Shown here: positions 59,622-64,000 of the stretch, piece by piece
How the letters are laid out: each line of letters begins with the position of its first letter
How positions within the stretch are numbered: position 1 is the first letter of the stretch
Assembly (NCBI GenBank): GCA_043228905.1
Contig: JBHGNT010000001.1
Coordinates: forward strand, 36,580,001 to 36,644,000
Length of the DNA stretch: 64,000 nucleotides
Reading direction: 5' to 3'
Source: Azolla caroliniana
Lineage: Eukaryota; Plantae; Polypodiophyta
Made by a program: the position numbers and the translations under genes
The notes under the pieces: generated by a model
Database searches by the model: none
What the model saw: only the letters and a program-made list of their open reading frames with translations
Told to the model about the DNA's origin: nothing

Positions 59622-60030
59622 AGGCTATGTCTAAGTGTTCATGTGAACATGTGTTCTGCACCGTTCTTATCTTTGCATTGTAAATATATGATATAATATC
59701 TTTTATGGAATGTGGAGCTTTGACTGACACAGTGAAACAGTGGATCATCAAATATTATATAGGATGTTCACAGGAGAATTTAAATGTTATCCGTTGACTG
59801 AAACAGTGAAACTGTCTATTTAGCCATCAAACCTTTTGTTTGCAAGTGATAACACAGGCTATGGTCTAAGTATTCACATGAACATGTGGTCTGCACCTTT
59901 GTTATCTTCGTATTGTAAAGAATGTGATACAATGTCTTTTATGAAAAGTGGAGCTTATTATATAGGAGGTTCACAGCAGAATTTAAATGTAATTCTTTGA
60001 CTGAAACAGTGGAACTGTCTATTTAACCGT
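59622..60030. repeat. Tandem duplication (~235 bp period, with indels) in the leader intron of the MULE gene
   Basis: ggctatg.tctaagt.ttca..tgaacatgtg.tctgcacc...ttatatagga.gttcacag.agaatttaaatgt...ttgactgaaacagtg.aactgtctattta occurs at ~59623 and ~59857. Confidence 0.8.
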
Positions 60031-60232
60031 TTGCTTGCAAGTAATAATCCAGGAAGTTTACTTCTTACAAATTGGTTTGTCTACCTTTTTCTGGTCCTTT
60101 ATGATATTGGAAAGATTGAAGCATTTTTCATATTGTTAGCATAGATTGGGAAGATAGTGGAAGTAATTCTAGGTTTTGATAATGTTTGCAGATCAGATTA
60201 TGAACAGATCTAGCTCATTTGCTTGATTGAGC

Positions 60233-61948
60233 ATGAAGATGGAGTTGAGGGTAGGTGCTCAATTTGATAACTTTCCTCAACTCCGTAATGCTATTAAAAA
60301 TGAAGCCATTCAATGTCATGTGGAATTGAAGGTAGAGAAAGCCGACAAATATAGGTATACAGTTTCTTGTGCTGATAAAACTTGTCCTTGGCGTTTGCAT
60401 TCATCAGTTGTAAATGGTGGGCCAAGATGTGAGATCAAGAAATTTGATGGCTTGCACACGTGTGGAAATGTTGCCAAGCTCTTTAACAAAGAGGTTTCTT
60501 CTAGTTTTCTAGCTGAGAAGTATATAGGACAAATTAGAGATCAACCTGATTATAAGCCAGCACAAATGCAAGAGGATTTTAAGAGAGAGACAGGTAAAGA
60601 AATTAGCTACAAAGTTGCTTACAGTGCTATAAAGATTGCTCTCGGCTTGGTCCATTGTGAATATTCAGAAACCTATAGGAAAATTGAGGCATATTGTGAA
60701 GGTATTCAGCTTGCTAATCCTGGAACTGTCACTCTCTTGCAACAGACAACCAAAGGCAGATTTTATAGGCTTTTCCTAGCCTTTGGCCCTAGTATAAAAG
60801 GATGGAAAAGTTGTAGGCCAGTTATTGGTCTAGATGGCTCTTTTTTAACAGGTAAACATCGAGGGCATTTGCTATGTGCAACAGGGATTGATGCAAATGG
60901 AGAGCTGTACCCAATTGCATTTGGTGTCATTGATAATGAGAATGAAGAAAATTGGGTATGGTTTTTGCAACATTTACGTGATACTTTCCAGGTTTCCTGG
61001 CGCACAACCTTTGTGTCTGATAGAAGAAAAGAATTACTTGCAGCTATGGACCTTGTATTTCAAGGGTTTGAGCATGCATTTTGCATCAATCACTTGGATG
61101 CCAATATTAAGAAGAAGTGCAGTGATGGTGAGTTTATCAGGTTCTTTTGGAAGGCTGCTAGTGCTAAATCTGTGGAGGCATTTAATGAAGCTATTGAATG
61201 TATGAGGGCAATTGATGCCGATTCCACTGAGTGGATACTCGCATCCTCACCGCCACAACATTGGGCAACTGCACATTTTGAAGGGAAACGCTTTGGTCAT
61301 TTGGCTCCCAACATTGGGGATGCTCTAAACTCTTGGCTACTGGAAGCAAGGGATAAACCTATCACTTCAGTGCTGGAAATCATTAGAATGCAACTAACTG
61401 ATCACTTCTGTAAAAATCGTAAGGATGGAGAAATTGCATGGGCATCGTTGGGCAAAGATGCTGATTATACTCTAGTGAATGAAGCACAACAACACATTCA
61501 AAGGGTAACCGAAATGGCAAGAATGTATAAAGTTTTTCAATGTGATGAAGTTGTATTCGAAGTGCAAGGTCCTGAGTATTGTTATATGGTGAATGCAGAG
61601 CAAAGGACATGTTCATGTTTAGATTGGCAAACACTCGGGTTACCTTGTGCTCATGCGGCTGCATTAAGTTTGTTCAAAAAACAACATGTAGAACTTTATG
61701 CACATGAAGGATATTTATTGAGTTCCTTCCGAAGTACGTATGAAGGGGAGATCTATCCAGCAATTGTCAAGAACGTGGAAGCAATTGCCATTCTACCCCC
61801 TTCAATGTATCGTCGTCCTGGTAGGCCTAAAAGGAAGTGTGATGATCGAACCACAGAGAACATAGATAAAGAAAAGCGCATGTACAAGTGCAAACGTTGT
61901 GGAAATGCTGGTCACAATGAACGCACGTGTAAAAATCCTATAGGATAA
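60233..61948 (+). CDS. MUG: MuDR/MULE-transposase-derived protein, MUSTANG-A-like (probably domesticated)
   Basis: Intact single-exon ORF: MuDR DNA-binding domain (C..KTCPWRLH...HTC), MULE core (CRPVIGLDG, VSDR), WATAHFEGKRFGHL, SWIM finger (CSC...GLPCAH), RPGRP and a terminal CKRCGNAGHNERTC knuckle. A splice acceptor ttgcag lies at ~60190. No TIRs were seen. Confidence 0.88.
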   Translation: MKMELRVGAQFDNFPQLRNAIKNEAIQCHVELKVEKADKYRYTVSCADKTCPWRLHSSVVNGGPRCEIKKFDGLHTCGNVAKLFNKEVSSSFLAEKYIGQIRDQPDYKPAQMQEDFKRETGKEISYKVAYSAIKIALGLVHCEYSETYRKIEAYCEGIQLANPGTVTLLQQTTKGRFYRLFLAFGPSIKGWKSCRPVIGLDGSFLTGKHRGHLLCATGIDANGELYPIAFGVIDNENEENWVWFLQHLRDTFQVSWRTTFVSDRRKELLAAMDLVFQGFEHAFCINHLDANIKKKCSDGEFIRFFWKAASAKSVEAFNEAIECMRAIDADSTEWILASSPPQHWATAHFEGKRFGHLAPNIGDALNSWLLEARDKPITSVLEIIRMQLTDHFCKNRKDGEIAWASLGKDADYTLVNEAQQHIQRVTEMARMYKVFQCDEVVFEVQGPEYCYMVNAEQRTCSCLDWQTLGLPCAHAAALSLFKKQHVELYAHEGYLLSSFRSTYEGEIYPAIVKNVEAIAILPPSMYRRPGRPKRKCDDRTTENIDKEKRMYKCKRCGNAGHNERTCKNPIG

Positions 61949-63114
61949 TTGGTTTCTTGTTAACATCAAACTTTTATGAATTCCTTTTTGAGTTGGAATA
62001 AATGGAACCAATGTAATTTCTAGTGTTTTGCTTGAGGTATAGAACAATTAATGCTTCAGATTTTTGTTTTTCTCCCTGGAATAATTGTAACAAGGTTTAA
62101 CTATTTTTATAAGACACTGTTGAGAATCACCATTGTAAGCGTGATTTGGGTGCAGAAAATCATTTATTCTGTTTTGGACAGAATATTTTTGCTATCATCA
62201 GCAATCCATAAAGCTTTTTGAGGATGGGGGCATTCTTCGTTTTATAAATTCAAGGTGTTTTTGTAAATTACATCATAGTGTATAATGGAATGATTTATTG
62301 ATTGAACTGCAGATGCACATTGCAAAGTGCATGTATGCAGCTTTATTAACATTGTCACTTCCATTGAAGATATACTAATGGAATTATTCATGAAAATTTG
62401 TTATTATAACATGGTGCCATCCTCTTGATCGATATGGACAAGTTCTAAAAGTTTATCAAGACGCAACGAATACTTTATAGCAAAATAGTATTATTTTTGT
62501 ATAACCGCAAAGCATATGGCTATGCCATTAGTCTTGGTATTTGAGTGAAGGTAAAATTAAAGAATTTATCGTTATGGGTACATGATATTTTACTTGTTTC
62601 CAAGGTGATCATGTTTCACATATGTTAAGGAAAATAATGTCACATTCTTTAGTTAAAACAACCTTGTAAGTTGTGAGGCTCAATATTTACAATCTAAAAT
62701 ATTGGCCTATGGCCAAATGTATACAAGAAACGTGGTTATATTGTAGTTTGTGGAGAACTATCGTATATTAGGTAGAAGAGGTGATGCCCAATGGACTTGA
62801 CTTGTGATGGGACAGGGACCCTTTAGAGTTTCCAACTTGTATAAAAGGGCAAAAGCTCTCATGTAAAAGGAGCCTTTGGAACTTCTTCTTTCTTTTTTTT
62901 CAAAAGAACATATCCTTCCATTAGTTTTTAGAAAAGTCATAACAACAACATACAAAATATTTTTCCCAACTCATCTTTATAAGATGATGGTTTGAGGAAA
63001 GCAATCTATGTACTCCAAAGTAGAGAAAACTAGTCAACTAATCTGAAAGTTATTCTGTAGCCACATTCCAGCTACTTGCAGTCCCATATATCTTAAATAA
63101 CTTGCATCTCCCAA

Positions 63115-63935
63115 GTCAAACTCAAATAGACCCATGAGGGGAGACTTCAATGCTACTACATCTGTTGCAGGAACCTTGTGAATCTTCCCTTTATTAAAAA
63201 CATAGCTCCCATCAACGACTTTAAACATAGGAGGCTTGTCACTGTGGACCACAACTGTGTAAGATTGAGAGATGTTGACTCTCCACCATAATAATCATTC
63301 CTAATCATGATCATTGTCCTTGGCAAACCCTATGCAAGACACCAGAAAATCTGGCTGGTCTTAACATATGTAGAAAAAAAAAATTGCAATTTGGCTCTGT
63401 AATGAACTGTATGTCTCCTATAAAGAGAGATGGCAAAAAGAAATACTCATCAGCTGCAATAGCTGCACTTACATCCAGAGACAAATCCAAAACCTTTCCA
63501 GTGATAGCTGTATACATTGCCAAAACATCTTCCACAGTGGTCTCAAAATGGGTGGTTGCATCCTAGCTATTGGATATATAGCATTGATCCAATGAAGGTT
63601 CATTGACTGGTACAAATGTATCATAGGTATCGAAGAAAATTTCATCCACGGGTCCCAAAAGACTAATTCATGTCAGATTTCCTGCCTAGCTTTTTCACCT
63701 TGTTTGGAAGATATGATGGATCACCTACAACCTTCTTTGTCCTCGCCGTCTCTCCATCCGATGTGACACCACAAACCTTTCCTTCGTCATCAAATTCTAC
63801 CTTACACTCTGGTTTTGCAAGCATATATGTCCAATCATAAACTGCATTCAGTCGTGCAAAACCTTGTGCTAATTCACCAAGCTCATACAAAGGGTATATA
63901 TACAAGAGCCTCCTCGAAAACGAGCTAATGACTTA
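63115..63935 (-). pseudogene. GDI: Processed, internally deleted and rearranged Rab GDP-dissociation inhibitor pseudogene
   Basis: YIYPLYELGELAQGFARL...DPSYLPNKVKK/LGRKSDM; then LLGPVDEIFFD...NS*DATTHFETTVEDVL (in-frame TAG); then the N-terminal piece [33 protein letters not shown] placed downstream. No introns. Confidence 0.88.
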
Positions 63936-64000
63936 GAACATTAGCCACATTTCACTGTGACATTTGTAAACAATCTTTATATTACGTATAACCAGTTGGA

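Overview
Eukaryotic, gene-dense land-plant nuclear DNA with short GT-AG introns. It is most consistent with a fern or other flagellate-sperm plant: it carries a radial-spoke RSPH10B-like gene, fern-style PLS-class PPRs and a secreted cupin storage protein. In order, the window holds: the 3' end of a PLS-E PPR; a two-exon TM+LysM miniprotein; an RH3-type DEAD-box helicase (GUCT + Zn knuckle); a 790-aa PLS-E PPR; a STELLO glycosyltransferase; TIPIN/Swi3; a CpG-rich non-coding locus at 25.6-27.9 kb with two tandem, structurally covarying box C/D RNAs inside a predicted intron; a CRCK-like kinase; an 11S-like bicupin; a tetraspanin; a PPR-SMR; a fasciclin-like AGP; a MORN-repeat RSPH10B-like gene with an intronic LINE remnant; a MUSTANG-A-like MULE transposase gene; and a scrambled processed Rab-GDI pseudogene. 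The strongest novelty candidates are the atypical rod-shaped C/D RNA pair with its host transcript and the apparently domesticated MULE. Exon coordinates were read by eye and family assignments come from motif recognition; no database searches were run.
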